NCBI GenBank assembly: GCA_050011565.1
Contig: JBEKIW010000001.1
Location: forward strand, 192,001 to 256,000
Source of the DNA: Dehalococcoidia bacterium
GTDB lineage: Bacteria; Chloroflexota; Dehalococcoidia; GIF9; UBA5629
Direction of reading: 5' to 3'
Length of the DNA: 64,000 nucleotides
Shown: one piece after another, positions 1 through 11,930 of the stretch
Position numbering within the stretch: the stretch's first letter is position 1
Layout of the letters: every line of letters begins with the position of its first letter
Program-made: the position numbers and the translations under genes
The notes under the pieces: generated by a model
The model's database searches: none
What the model was told of the DNA's origin: nothing
The model's input: only the letters and a program-made list of their open reading frames with translations

Positions 1-855
1 GCAGCGTGCACTACCTACCCCGGTCCTAGTCAGGATCTGGTTGGATTAACCCTCGTGCCAGGCGTCTATTGTGCGAATGCCTTTACGTTGTCGGGAACAC
101 TCATTCTGGACGACACAGGCGCCCCCAATGGGGTCTGGATTTTCCGGTCCGCGAGCACGCTCACTACATCGGTCGGTGCGAAGGTTCAATTTCTCACTGG
201 AGTTGGTTCACCATGCAACGTGTGGTGGGGGACCGTCAGCTCTGCGACTATCGGTGGAGGCAATACGTTCATAGGAAATATTCTCTCTCAAGTAAGCATA
301 GACCTGGGGATCGGCACAGCCTTGGACGGGCGAGCCTTGGCGTACACTGGTGCCGTAACCATGAAGGGCGGCAACAGCGTCACCTTATGCACAACTCCTG
401 CTCCTGCTCCTCCTCCTCCTCCTCCGAGTACGGGTTTAAGTATATTCAAGTTCAATGACCTGAATGGAAACGGGGTCTATGAGCTGGCGCTTGGCGAATC
501 GCCGCTGGCCGGCAGGCAGGTCACGATTACCGGACCTTTTAGCTACAACATATCTACTAGTACCAATTGGGCCGGTTTAATCGTCCTGACCAGCCTGGTG
601 CCGGGCACCTATATCGTCACAGAAACGGTGCTGCCCGGCTGGACAATCCCCAACAACCCTCAGACAGTTACCGTGTTAGCCAACAATATGACGCCGGTGA
701 AATTTGCCGACAAGCCGCAACTAGGGCCTACTGTCGGAGGCACCGTCATGCCGGTGGACAAGGGCGGGTTGCTGATACCATGGCTTGGAATGGCGGTTCT
801 ATTGCTGCTGGCAACCGGTGCCGTGCTATTCATAAGACGGCGAAACAGCCGGTAG
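1..855 (+). CDS. Ice-binding-like (DUF3494) surface protein with SdrD-B/Cna-like domain and C-terminal membrane anchor; 5'-truncated by the window edge
   Basis: Frame is open from base 1. DUF3494 motifs PGVY..GTLILD..WIFR..STLTT..NVWW..SSATIG..FIGNIL..LDGRALA..GAVT; Pro linker; KFNDLNGNG..E..LAG..GTYIVTE Cna-B-like module; VGG..PVDK + TM + RRR tail. Confidence 0.8.
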   Translation, partial: AACTTYPGPSQDLVGLTLVPGVYCANAFTLSGTLILDDTGAPNGVWIFRSASTLTTSVGAKVQFLTGVGSPCNVWWGTVSSATIGGGNTFIGNILSQVSIDLGIGTALDGRALAYTGAVTMKGGNSVTLCTTPAPAPPPPPPSTGLSIFKFNDLNGNGVYELALGESPLAGRQVTITGPFSYNISTSTNWAGLIVLTSLVPGTYIVTETVLPGWTIPNNPQTVTVLANNMTPVKFADKPQLGPTVGGTVMPVDKGGLLIPWLGMAVLLLLATGAVLFIRRRNSR

Positions 856-913
856 GACTACGTTGATTACACGTAACCTTTATAGCCCATAGGCAAGTCT
901 CTAAATAGGGAGT

Positions 914-1705
914 TTGCTGGAAACAAAGTGGATCCGGTGGAGTTATTATATAGCCCTGGTGATGCTTATCTTGGCCTTGCCAGGGCTTATTCTATTTGGT
1001 GCTTGCTCGACACTTCCCTCAAAAGTCGAGGCTAAAGCGGCTATTGTTGACCAGCTTTATGACCTTCAACCAAATGAAGCCTTCATTGTGCAGATAACCC
1101 AATATCTTGAAGATTATGGCTTTAAGGTTGACCTTTATCAAGGTAAGGACGTCACCGTTGACTTCTATCGTAAGCTACCAACTCGTGAATATCAGCTCAT
1201 TATCTTTCGAGTTCATTCGGGCTTACTGGTGGGCATAGACCAAGTAACCAACAAAACTTGGCTGTTTACCTCTGAGCCATATAGCCAAACGAAATATGTT
1301 AGCGAGCAACTCACTGACCAGGTTACGCAAGCCGCAATAAACAATTACGCCCCGTTGGTTTTCGCTATAAACGCCAAATTCATTACCGAAAGTATGGAAG
1401 GAACCTTTAAGGATACTGCTATCATCATGATGGGCTGCAGTTGCTTTCACTTTAGCGATTTGGCCGAAGCCTTCGTTCAAAAAGGCGCATCAACTTATAT
1501 AGCGTGGGACCATAGCGTTCTACTCGGCTACGTTGATGAGGCCACGGTAGCTCTGGTAGAAAAGTTATGCTCAGAAGACCTCACTATTGGGGAAGCAGTA
1601 GCGAGAACGATGAAGGAAAAAGGTCAAGACCCAACATATGGGTCAGTGCTGAAGTATTACCCACCAGCAAGTGCCCAAAAAACCTTAAAGCAACTAATTA
1701 AATGA
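914..1705 (+). CDS. Hypothetical exported/lipoprotein with possible caspase/CHAT-like His-Cys dyad
   Basis: 263-aa ORF with GGGAG RBS, hydrophobic N-terminus ending LFGAC, motifs IIFRVHSG and IIMMGCS. Confidence 0.55.
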   Translation: MLETKWIRWSYYIALVMLILALPGLILFGACSTLPSKVEAKAAIVDQLYDLQPNEAFIVQITQYLEDYGFKVDLYQGKDVTVDFYRKLPTREYQLIIFRVHSGLLVGIDQVTNKTWLFTSEPYSQTKYVSEQLTDQVTQAAINNYAPLVFAINAKFITESMEGTFKDTAIIMMGCSCFHFSDLAEAFVQKGASTYIAWDHSVLLGYVDEATVALVEKLCSEDLTIGEAVARTMKEKGQDPTYGSVLKYYPPASAQKTLKQLIK

Positions 1706-1835
1706 ATATAGCGCTTTCCACACTGCTCTGCCTTTGTTTTGCTTGGTAGCCCAAGTTGTTTAGTATATAGAACCTTCAGGGCGGAGTTTTCCTTCGTCTG
1801 ATTCGTTCGAGTTCGTTAAAGTGTTTGATAGTTAC

Positions 1836-2118
1836 CTAACATACAAGCTGTGGTGACGGCATCTCGTCCCAAGTACGTCCTTCAAGTTGCCGCCCCATCT
1901 TCTTCTTGTTCACACCACTCCACTGTTTGAAGAAGAATGGCACTTGGTTTTCTTGACACCTATGACGAATGTCAACCACCCATGATTCTCGTATTGGCCT
2001 AGACCTAGCGCCAGACTATCCTCCAACTATTACCCAATCAATACCTTCCAAATTGAGGTTTGGAATATCCCCGAGAAGAGGTTCAATGGAAAGAAACTTA
2101 ACCTTTGCAGCCGTTTTT
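1836..2118 (-). pseudogene. DUF5131 (phage Gp37/Gp68-like) C-terminal remnant
   Basis: Manual minus-strand translation: [68 protein letters not shown]. In-frame TAG at 2016-2018 replaces the Glu of GGESG; the N-terminus is missing. Confidence 0.85.
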
Positions 2119-2134
2119 CGGCTCGGAGCGGGTA

Positions 2135-2163
2135 TTGACAAGATGATTAACAGATATTATTAT
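2135..2163 (+). promoter_or_regulatory. Sigma70-type promoter for the second DUF3494 gene
   Basis: TTGACA-N17-TATTAT. Confidence 0.6.
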
Positions 2164-2213
2164 GTATATAATATGCACAATTCAGAATACACAACAGATA
2201 AGGTTAGTGTATT

Positions 2214-3689
2214 TTGAATAGGAGGTTTCAATTGAAAAAGAGGAATATTCTCGGGCTCGTTGTATCTATCATCATGATACTTGCCATTTCACTGGTGTCA
2301 GCCTGTACGGAATCCAAAACCACGCCGATACCACTCATGGTGATTTCTGCAAATCCGGCTAATAGTGCCCAAGGTGTGCCCGTCAGCAACAAAATTACCG
2401 CAACCTTCAATAGGGCGATGACACCTTCAACGCTCACTACAGCAACATTTACTGTAAAGCAGGGGGAAACGCCTGTATCAGGTACTGTGACCTACGATGG
2501 TACAACGGCGACTTTTACACCGACAACCATTCTCGCATTCTGCACCATATATACTGCCACGATTACTATCGGTGCTAAGGACCTGGGAGGCAATGCACTG
2601 GCAAATGACTATGTATGGAACTTTTTTACAACATGTCCCACAGAATCTAAACCAGGTACTAGAGGTGGCCCTACTACTAGGGGTTATACAGGGTCCCCAC
2701 CAATCACCGTCAAACCTAATGGGATTCCCACAAACCTATTACCCACGGTGATTTCCACTATCCCGGTTGATACTGCCACGGGTGTGGCCGTCAACAGTCA
2801 AATCTTTGCCACCTTCAGTCAGGCGATGAACCGCTTAACGATTACTAACGCCACCTTTACCTTAATGCAGGGGGTTACGCCTGTTGCAGGAGCGGTGACC
2901 TTCGCTGGTCTCACGGCGATCTTTACGCCGGCAGCCAGTCTCGCACCCGGCACCACTTATACTGCCACGATTACCACCGGGGCCAGAGACCTGTCCGGTA
3001 ATGCCCTGGCATTTAACAAAGTGTGGACCTTTACCACTGCTGCCGCGGCAGGTCAAGCAGGTCCAGCGACAGTAGTCCTTGGACAGGCCGCCAATTACGC
3101 GGTTCTGGCTGGCTCCACGGTCACCAATGTCGTTTCCGTCGGTACGATAGTTACCGGGGATCTTGGGCTGAGTCCAGGTTCTGCGGTAACTGGATTCCCG
3201 CCTGGAGTATTGATTGGGACGCAACACGTGAACGATTCTAGCGCAAACCAGGCCAAACTTGACTTGACCACTGCGTATAACGACGCCGCTGGACGAACAC
3301 TAGCTCCTATCACTGTGTCTGGAAATATCGGCGGGCGAACCCTCACCCCTGGCCTCTATAAGTCCACATCCACGCTTGAGATATCATCAGGAGATCTCAC
3401 TCTCGACGCCCAGGGCAACGCGAATGCTGTCTTCATTTTCCAGATAGCGTCCACACTCACCACGACATCCGGACGCCAGGTTATCCTGAGCGGCGGCGCC
3501 CAGGCCAAGAACATCTTCTGGCAGGTCGGGACGTCAGCGACTCTGGGAACGGGCTCCGTCTTCGAGGGAACCATACTGGCTGATCAATCAATCACTTTAA
3601 CAACTGGTGCGACACTGCACGGCAGAGCGTTGGCACGTATTGCCGCGGTTACCTTAGACGCCAGTATCGTTACCAAGCCTGCCCCGTAA
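2214..3689 (+). CDS. Lipoprotein with two Big_5 (SbsA-type Ig-like) domains and C-terminal ice-binding DUF3494 domain
   Basis: Lipobox LVSAC; two repeats of P...GV.V...I.ATF..AM...T.T.ATFT...G.TPV.G.VT; DUF3494 motifs YAVLAGSTVTN, GDLGLSPGSAVTGFPPG, LTPGLY, AKNIFWQVGTSATLG, GRALA. Confidence 0.9.
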   Translation: MNRRFQLKKRNILGLVVSIIMILAISLVSACTESKTTPIPLMVISANPANSAQGVPVSNKITATFNRAMTPSTLTTATFTVKQGETPVSGTVTYDGTTATFTPTTILAFCTIYTATITIGAKDLGGNALANDYVWNFFTTCPTESKPGTRGGPTTRGYTGSPPITVKPNGIPTNLLPTVISTIPVDTATGVAVNSQIFATFSQAMNRLTITNATFTLMQGVTPVAGAVTFAGLTAIFTPAASLAPGTTYTATITTGARDLSGNALAFNKVWTFTTAAAAGQAGPATVVLGQAANYAVLAGSTVTNVVSVGTIVTGDLGLSPGSAVTGFPPGVLIGTQHVNDSSANQAKLDLTTAYNDAAGRTLAPITVSGNIGGRTLTPGLYKSTSTLEISSGDLTLDAQGNANAVFIFQIASTLTTTSGRQVILSGGAQAKNIFWQVGTSATLGTGSVFEGTILADQSITLTTGATLHGRALARIAAVTLDASIVTKPAP

Positions 3690-3703
3690 GGCATTAAAAT
3701 AGT

Positions 3704-3735
3704 AGGCCTGGGGGGGTTCTAGAGCCCCCAGGCCT
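3704..3735 (+). terminator. GC-rich hairpin after the DUF3494 gene
   Basis: AGGCCTGGGGG...CCCCCAGGCCT inverted repeat followed by a short pyrimidine run. Confidence 0.55.
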
Positions 3736-3762
3736 CTTGCACTACTGTGTGCGCCATTCGGA

Positions 3763-4849
3763 ATGCGACGGTGGGTGGCAACCAACAATATTTCTTTAAC
3801 ATTCGATATTTATCCCGAGCGTAAGTTCGTGCGCGCCTGTCAAATGGCGCTCGAAGGTAAGGGCAGCACGGAGACTGCTAAAGCTCTTAATGCTGGGGGT
3901 TTCAGAACACGAGACGGGAAGCTCTTTGGCACTACTATTATTAACTACTGGCTAAGAAATCCTGTTTACACCGGAGTGATAGCCTGGAACAGAACAGATA
4001 GAACCCGTGACAAAGTGCTTCACCAGCCACCGAGCGAGATAGTCTGCACCTCTGACACCCATCAACCCATTGTATCCGTAAATGACTTCGAGCGCGTTCA
4101 AGCGCTGCTGACTGAGAGGCGCCCTGCTATTGCATCCAAGGGTGGTTTCCAGCCAATATCTGCTAAGCGGGCTTTCATACTGCGGTAAGTGCGGAGCGGC
4201 CATTGTAGGTTGTAAAGCAAAGTTAGGGAAGTATCTATACTATGAATGTGATACCCATTATAAGAAGGGTAGTGATGGCTGCATTGGTATTAGAGTTGGG
4301 AAGGATAGGCTGGAAGGATTTGTCCTCGATTGGATAAAGCAGAATATACTCACTGAAGAAAACCTTGTCGACCTGATTCGCTTGGTCAATGAGTAGCTGA
4401 TAGAAAGCACTAGCCGTCACAAGAGGCAGCTCAATCAGGTCGAGAAACATCTGCAGCGCGTAAACAGCAAATTAACAAGGCTTTATGTGGCTCTCGAGAG
4501 TGGAAAGCTGGATCTCGATGACCTGGCCCTCCGAATTAAAGAACTAAGGGCACACTAGTATGAGCTACAACAGCAGCGAGATGACCTCCTTGGTAAAATT
4601 CAATCTAAAACTCCGAAGACTCTGGATACCGAAACAATCGTGACCTATGCACAGGAACTGGGATTGGTATTAGGCGAGTCTTCCTTTCTACAGCGGAAGA
4701 CCTTCCTGAGGACCTTTATACAGAGAATAGAGGTCAATCCTGAGACTGTTACCGTGGATTACACCTTACCATTACCGGTAGATAAAGATATAACTTCCTC
4801 GAAGGAAGTTCTATATATTAACAGAATTGGTAGCGGGGGTTGGATTTGA
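3763..4849 (+). pseudogene. Large serine recombinase (recombinase + zinc-ribbon + coiled-coil) remnant
   Basis: LRNPVYTG, HQPIVS..DFERVQ, YLLSGLSYCGKCG, YYEC..C motifs. Frameshift near 4130, in-frame stops at 4394 and 4556, N-terminal catalytic domain absent. The frame ends inside the tRNA-derived att copy. Confidence 0.85.
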
Positions 4850-4865
4850 ACCAACGACCTTCGGG
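4826..4865 (-). repeat. att-like exact 40-bp copy of the tRNA-fMet 3' half (identical to 7498-7537)
   Basis: ATTGGTAGCGGGGGTTGGATTTGAACCAACGACCTTCGGG occurs at both positions; identity stops at the anticodon loop. Confidence 0.92.
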
Positions 4866-5033
4866 CTGCGTGCCCGAGGCCGTATTCGATGCCCCAGAAA
4901 GTTGGCGAATAGGGATTTTCGCCCGCCGGAATGTGGTCAAAAACATGCCTGAAACCCTGTTTGAACTCATAGAGGAACCCAGGGAACGAGTTTGGCCAAT
5001 GGAACGTTTGATATTCAGCTCATTTTGGGCGAC

Positions 5034-5064
5034 TTGACAAATGGTATCAAATATGATACCATTT
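5034..5064 (+). promoter_or_regulatory. hicAB promoter with overlapping palindromic operator
   Basis: TTGACA-N17-TACCAT; perfect inverted repeat AAATGGTATCA-AATA-TGATACCATTT at 5039-5064. Confidence 0.7.
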
Positions 5065-5153
5065 TTCTTACAAAAGTGTAGCAGAAAATACAAAAGAAAA
5101 AAGAAAAAAGAGAAAAGTAAAAAGGAGGTGAAAATGATAAGGAGGTTTCTCAA

Positions 5154-5378
5154 GTGGAAAAAAAGAATAAGCTTTTGGCAAAACTTCGACGCAACCCCAG
5201 AAATACGTCTTTAAAAGATTTTGAATCAATGATAAACAAATACGGCTATATTGAAGAGGGTGCTAAACATCCCAAAGCTATTATAGGCAAATGTATGATG
5301 CCATATAAAAGAGAAAGTACTATAAAATCCTGCTATGTTACTGAACTGCTTGATATAATAGACAGTCTGAGCATTTAA
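5154..5378 (+). CDS. hicA: HicA-like type II toxin
   Basis: Small basic protein, KLL.KLRRNP.N....DF..GAKH..IK..YV pattern, directly upstream of a HicB-like gene. Confidence 0.65.
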   Translation: MEKKNKLLAKLRRNPRNTSLKDFESMINKYGYIEEGAKHPKAIIGKCMMPYKRESTIKSCYVTELLDIIDSLSI

Positions 5379-5413
5379 AACGGTATATGAAAATATGTAT
5401 GAAAGAGTGATAT

Positions 5414-5884
5414 ATGAAAAATATAGAGAAAAGTGTGGAATATTACGAGAGGTTACCATACCACATTATTCTAGAGCAGTGGGATGACGGAGGAGGCGTA
5501 TACTGGGTTGCAAGAGTGGCTGAACTCCCGCACTGTTTGATACACGCTGATACCCCTATAGAGGCAGTTACTGAAATTCAGGAAGTGAAGAGGGACTGGA
5601 TAAAGTCCAATCTGGAAAGAGGGCTCAGAATTCCCGAACCTGTGTCACGTAATCATAGCGGGCGGATTAGCCTTAGAATTCCATCGTCCCTTCATCGGAT
5701 GTTGTTTAATCACGCAACTATTCAGGATATTAGTTTAAATCAATTTATGACCATGGCATTGGCTCAAAGTGTAGGTCTTGAATTTAAGGAATTGAAGGCG
5801 ACAACGAATCGTAGAACGATTTCAAGCTCTAGAAAGAAATTCCGGGATGACGTTTTGGTTCAAGCTGCCTCACGTAAGATTTAA
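5414..5884 (+). CDS. hicB: HicB-family antitoxin with RHH domain
   Basis: Y..LPY.I...YWVARVAELPHC...TPIEA..WI...IPEP..SGRISLRIPSSLH..SLNQ. Confidence 0.85.
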   Translation: MKNIEKSVEYYERLPYHIILEQWDDGGGVYWVARVAELPHCLIHADTPIEAVTEIQEVKRDWIKSNLERGLRIPEPVSRNHSGRISLRIPSSLHRMLFNHATIQDISLNQFMTMALAQSVGLEFKELKATTNRRTISSSRKKFRDDVLVQAASRKI

Positions 5885-6036
5885 CCTAGGTTTGGCGGCC
5901 ATTTTCCCGAATAACCCAAATACGGTTTGCGCATTTTTGGGCACTGAGCCGGGCTAATTAGGGGGCCCTCCTGTTTTTAAATCCTGAATTCAGTCGGGCG
6001 TATGGCCACCGAGTTGTTAGCCTAATTTCCAGAGCT

Positions 6037-7242
6037 CTACTCCTTTACAAAGATCAGTAATCCGATAGCAGATAATCCCGCCAGTGCTGCGCCAAAGTAG
6101 AAGGGAGTGGCGGGGCTTACTGACTGCCAGAGCCAGCCCGCGATGAGGCTAGCAGGCAAGAGGGTAATACCGACTATCCCGTTATACATACCAAAGGCTG
6201 TGCCACGGCGCTCTTCAGGCACCAGGTCGCAGACCAGTGCCCGGTATACGCCCTGCGTCAGCCCGTAATAAAGCCCGTAGAAGGCATATAAAAGCCAAAT
6301 CATCCAGCCCTGGTTGACTGCGGCAAGGCCGAGGTAGACCAATGCATAGATTATCCAGCCTGTAATGATGACCTTCCTCCTGCCCAACTTGTCGGACAAT
6401 ATGCCGGCGGGCATGGAAAAGAGGGCATAGACGACATTGAACATGATAAGCATTATGCTTATGAGCAACACGCTATTACCTAGATTCTGCGCCCTGAGAA
6501 TGATAAATGCGTCGCTGGAATTGCCTAGCGTGAATAAAAACATAATGGCCATGAAGATTTTGAATCTTTTGTCAATAGCCTTTTCCTTTGCACTATCTGC
6601 CACCCGTGCAGTACAGGCATCGACAGCTTTCTTCGGCGGCTCTTTGATGAAGATGAAAAAGAAGAGAGCGATGAAGGCCGGTACGATGCCGATTATGATC
6701 ATCCAACGGTAAGTATCGAACTGTAGGTTAACCACGTCTCTCTGCAGTGAGAAAACCACTAGTGCAGCCAGGATGAGCCCTAACGCAGCCCCGGAGGTAT
6801 CCATAGCCTTGTGAAAACCGTAGGCCTTGCCTCGGTTATCTTCATCCACAGAATCACCGACCAGGGCGTCACGCGGGGCAGCACGTATACCCTTACCGAA
6901 GCGGTCGGCAAACCTGATGGCCAGGATAGGGCCCCAGGCATTGGCAATCAGCATGAAGGGTTTGGACAATGCGGACAGGGCATAGCCTATGAAGGAGAGG
7001 TATTTACGGTTGCGCAATTTGTCGCTTAGCCACCCGCTGAGGAGCTTGAGTAGGGAAGCAGTACTCTCGGCTATGCCCTCTATCAGGCCGATGACGACGG
7101 TGGCGACACCCAGCACATTCGTTAAGAAGAGAGGCAGGAGCGTGAAAATCAGCTCGCTGGATACGTCAGTGAGGAGGCTAATGAAGCCGATAAAGACTAT
7201 ATTTGGGCTGAGGTTAAGGCCTTTCTTTTTAATCAACTTCAC
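6037..7242 (-). CDS. MFS transporter
   Basis: About 12 TM segments; SLLTDVSSE, GWLSDK, DRFGKGIR.APRDAL, GILSDKLGRR motifs. Confidence 0.9.
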   Translation of the reverse strand: MKLIKKKGLNLSPNIVFIGFISLLTDVSSELIFTLLPLFLTNVLGVATVVIGLIEGIAESTASLLKLLSGWLSDKLRNRKYLSFIGYALSALSKPFMLIANAWGPILAIRFADRFGKGIRAAPRDALVGDSVDEDNRGKAYGFHKAMDTSGAALGLILAALVVFSLQRDVVNLQFDTYRWMIIIGIVPAFIALFFFIFIKEPPKKAVDACTARVADSAKEKAIDKRFKIFMAIMFLFTLGNSSDAFIILRAQNLGNSVLLISIMLIMFNVVYALFSMPAGILSDKLGRRKVIITGWIIYALVYLGLAAVNQGWMIWLLYAFYGLYYGLTQGVYRALVCDLVPEERRGTAFGMYNGIVGITLLPASLIAGWLWQSVSPATPFYFGAALAGLSAIGLLIFVKE

Positions 7243-7452
7243 CCTATCCTCTCCCTTGAGGGATGGTAATTTATTATTGATAAGAGGGGCTTCAGCCCCT
7301 CTTTAACGCCCCTGACCTTGCCGTAATGGTTATACCATTTCTTAAGTTAAGTCCACAAGCACAATAGCCTCAGCAGCAGGCGATTGGTGGTTGAGTGCGC
7401 TATGCGGTTGTTAATTGTCAAATTGTTTGTTAGAAATTTCCAATGTTGCTGC

Positions 7453-7489
7453 AAAATAAAAAGGCCCTGGACTCCCAAGTACAGGGCCT
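7453..7489 (-). terminator. Intrinsic terminator of the 23S-tRNA transcript
   Basis: AGGCCCTG...CAGGGCCT hairpin followed by a T-tract on the minus strand, just past the tRNA CCA. Confidence 0.7.
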
Positions 7490-7499
7490 ATCTATTCAT

Positions 7500-7574
<75 letters not shown>

Positions 7575-7610
7575 CCGGTAGTGAAAAAAGTTTTGTACTC
7601 AGCCTGATGT

Positions 7611-10568
<2,958 letters not shown>

Positions 10569-10710
10569 TACATCAGGTTGAAGACAAAACTTTATTCACT
10601 TTTTAAAGTACAAAGCGGCTTGGTGTACACCAAGCCGCACAAGTATACAGTAACAATGACCTTAGGTCAATCAGGTATGCGGTTTAAGTACACCAGCCAT
10701 GTAAAGCTAA

Positions 10711-10740
10711 AGTATATACCAGCAAGCGATTGGTTGTCAA
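10711..10740 (-). promoter_or_regulatory. Promoter of the stand-alone 23S-tRNA unit
   Basis: TTGACA (10740-10735) followed by TGGTATATACT; leader holds a 24-bp palindrome (10615-10638) and a boxA-like TGTACTTTAAAA. Confidence 0.65.
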
Positions 10741-10873
10741 ATGGTCGGCAGGTCGATTTGAACGTGAAAACAGGAACAAAATCAAAAATTAAAAACCAAA
10801 AGTCAAAAGTTCAAGCTAAAAGTTTAAAAAGATCCCCCTCCCTCTAAACTCCCTCCCTCCAGAGTAGGGAGAG

Positions 10874-11356
10874 TTAATTAGTATTCCGGTTATCTGAAAA
10901 AGCGAGTACACCAGGTATTACCAGATTGGCAATGGGTACTATCATCAGTATGCCCAGCCAGGACGGTTTATGGCGAGCTTTAGCTATGGCCATCCAGATG
11001 ATAATTAACAGAACCCAGGAAATGAGTCCTGAAACTATCGTAGCAATTACGAGCGGCGTGAACCACGCTGGAATTTCTCCTCCCCCCATAGCCAAGAACA
11101 TCACCATGACCGATGCGATGGACATGGGAATCGCGAGTACTATCGTGATGCAAAAGAAAACAATCCACCAGCCGGGTTTGCCAGCCACTTTACACATAAG
11201 ATAGATGTTAGCAATGGGTATCCATGCCAGCCACGGATTAGGCGTGCCGGTCTTTTTGGCTATGATATAAAGGCATAACGCGGACCAGACATATATGGCC
11301 ACGTCGATTAGATAACTGGCGCCCAATAGCAGACCTTGAAGAACAGAATCGACCAT
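10874..11356 (-). CDS. DUF5684-like membrane protein
   Basis: IAKKTG..NPWLAWIPIANIYLMCKVAGKPGWW and a second WLGIL..PIANL repeat. Confidence 0.7.
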   Translation of the reverse strand: MVDSVLQGLLLGASYLIDVAIYVWSALCLYIIAKKTGTPNPWLAWIPIANIYLMCKVAGKPGWWIVFFCITIVLAIPMSIASVMVMFLAMGGGEIPAWFTPLVIATIVSGLISWVLLIIIWMAIAKARHKPSWLGILMIVPIANLVIPGVLAFSDNRNTN

Positions 11357-11392
11357 TTTTCACCCCCCTTTGCAGTCATGCATCATAATAAG

Positions 11393-11917
11393 TTAATGCA
11401 CAGCCGAAAACAAGTCGCCTCCTTTGATTATTATCGCAATCAAGAGTAGCAAGATGATGGCGTAGACAAGGTCAAACCAGATGGCGCTGAGCAGTCTGGC
11501 CAGCTTTATCAGGCCGATGACAGGGAGGCTGAACAGCACCAGAGGATTACGCCGCCAGGCTGTTTTTGAATAGCCCCACAGGTTATCGGCGTCCTGACTG
11601 CTGGGGAAGGAGTGCATGGCTATGGATATGCCGAGCCAGAATAGTATATAGGCGGCTAAACCAAGGGGAAGGATTACGGCGATAGAGAACAAGATTGCGG
11701 AGATAGTTGTGTTGACCAGAAACGGGGCAGTAGCTATAAGAAAAGCCTTGCCGTAGTTATCTACCTGACCGTGGATGACATATCCGGCGGGGTTGCCCAG
11801 CCTGAAATAACATGTTTTGTAGACGGGCACCCGGGTGCGGTCGCAGAAAAATTTGTGGGCCCATTCGTGAAGTATGATGCCGGGGAAGGTGATGAGGGCA
11901 ATCAGCCAGCCGAACAT
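11393..11917 (-). CDS. Membrane zinc metalloprotease-like protein (DUF3267-like)
   Basis: FPGIILHEWAH (HExxH), APF, FPSSQD motifs with TM segments. Confidence 0.65.
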   Translation of the reverse strand: MFGWLIALITFPGIILHEWAHKFFCDRTRVPVYKTCYFRLGNPAGYVIHGQVDNYGKAFLIATAPFLVNTTISAILFSIAVILPLGLAAYILFWLGISIAMHSFPSSQDADNLWGYSKTAWRRNPLVLFSLPVIGLIKLARLLSAIWFDLVYAIILLLLIAIIIKGGDLFSAVH

Positions 11918-11930
11918 AACGGGCTTTCGT

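Noticed and set aside
1969-2217. 82-aa plus-strand ORF
   Set aside because: Antisense shadow of the DUF5131 remnant plus promoter DNA.
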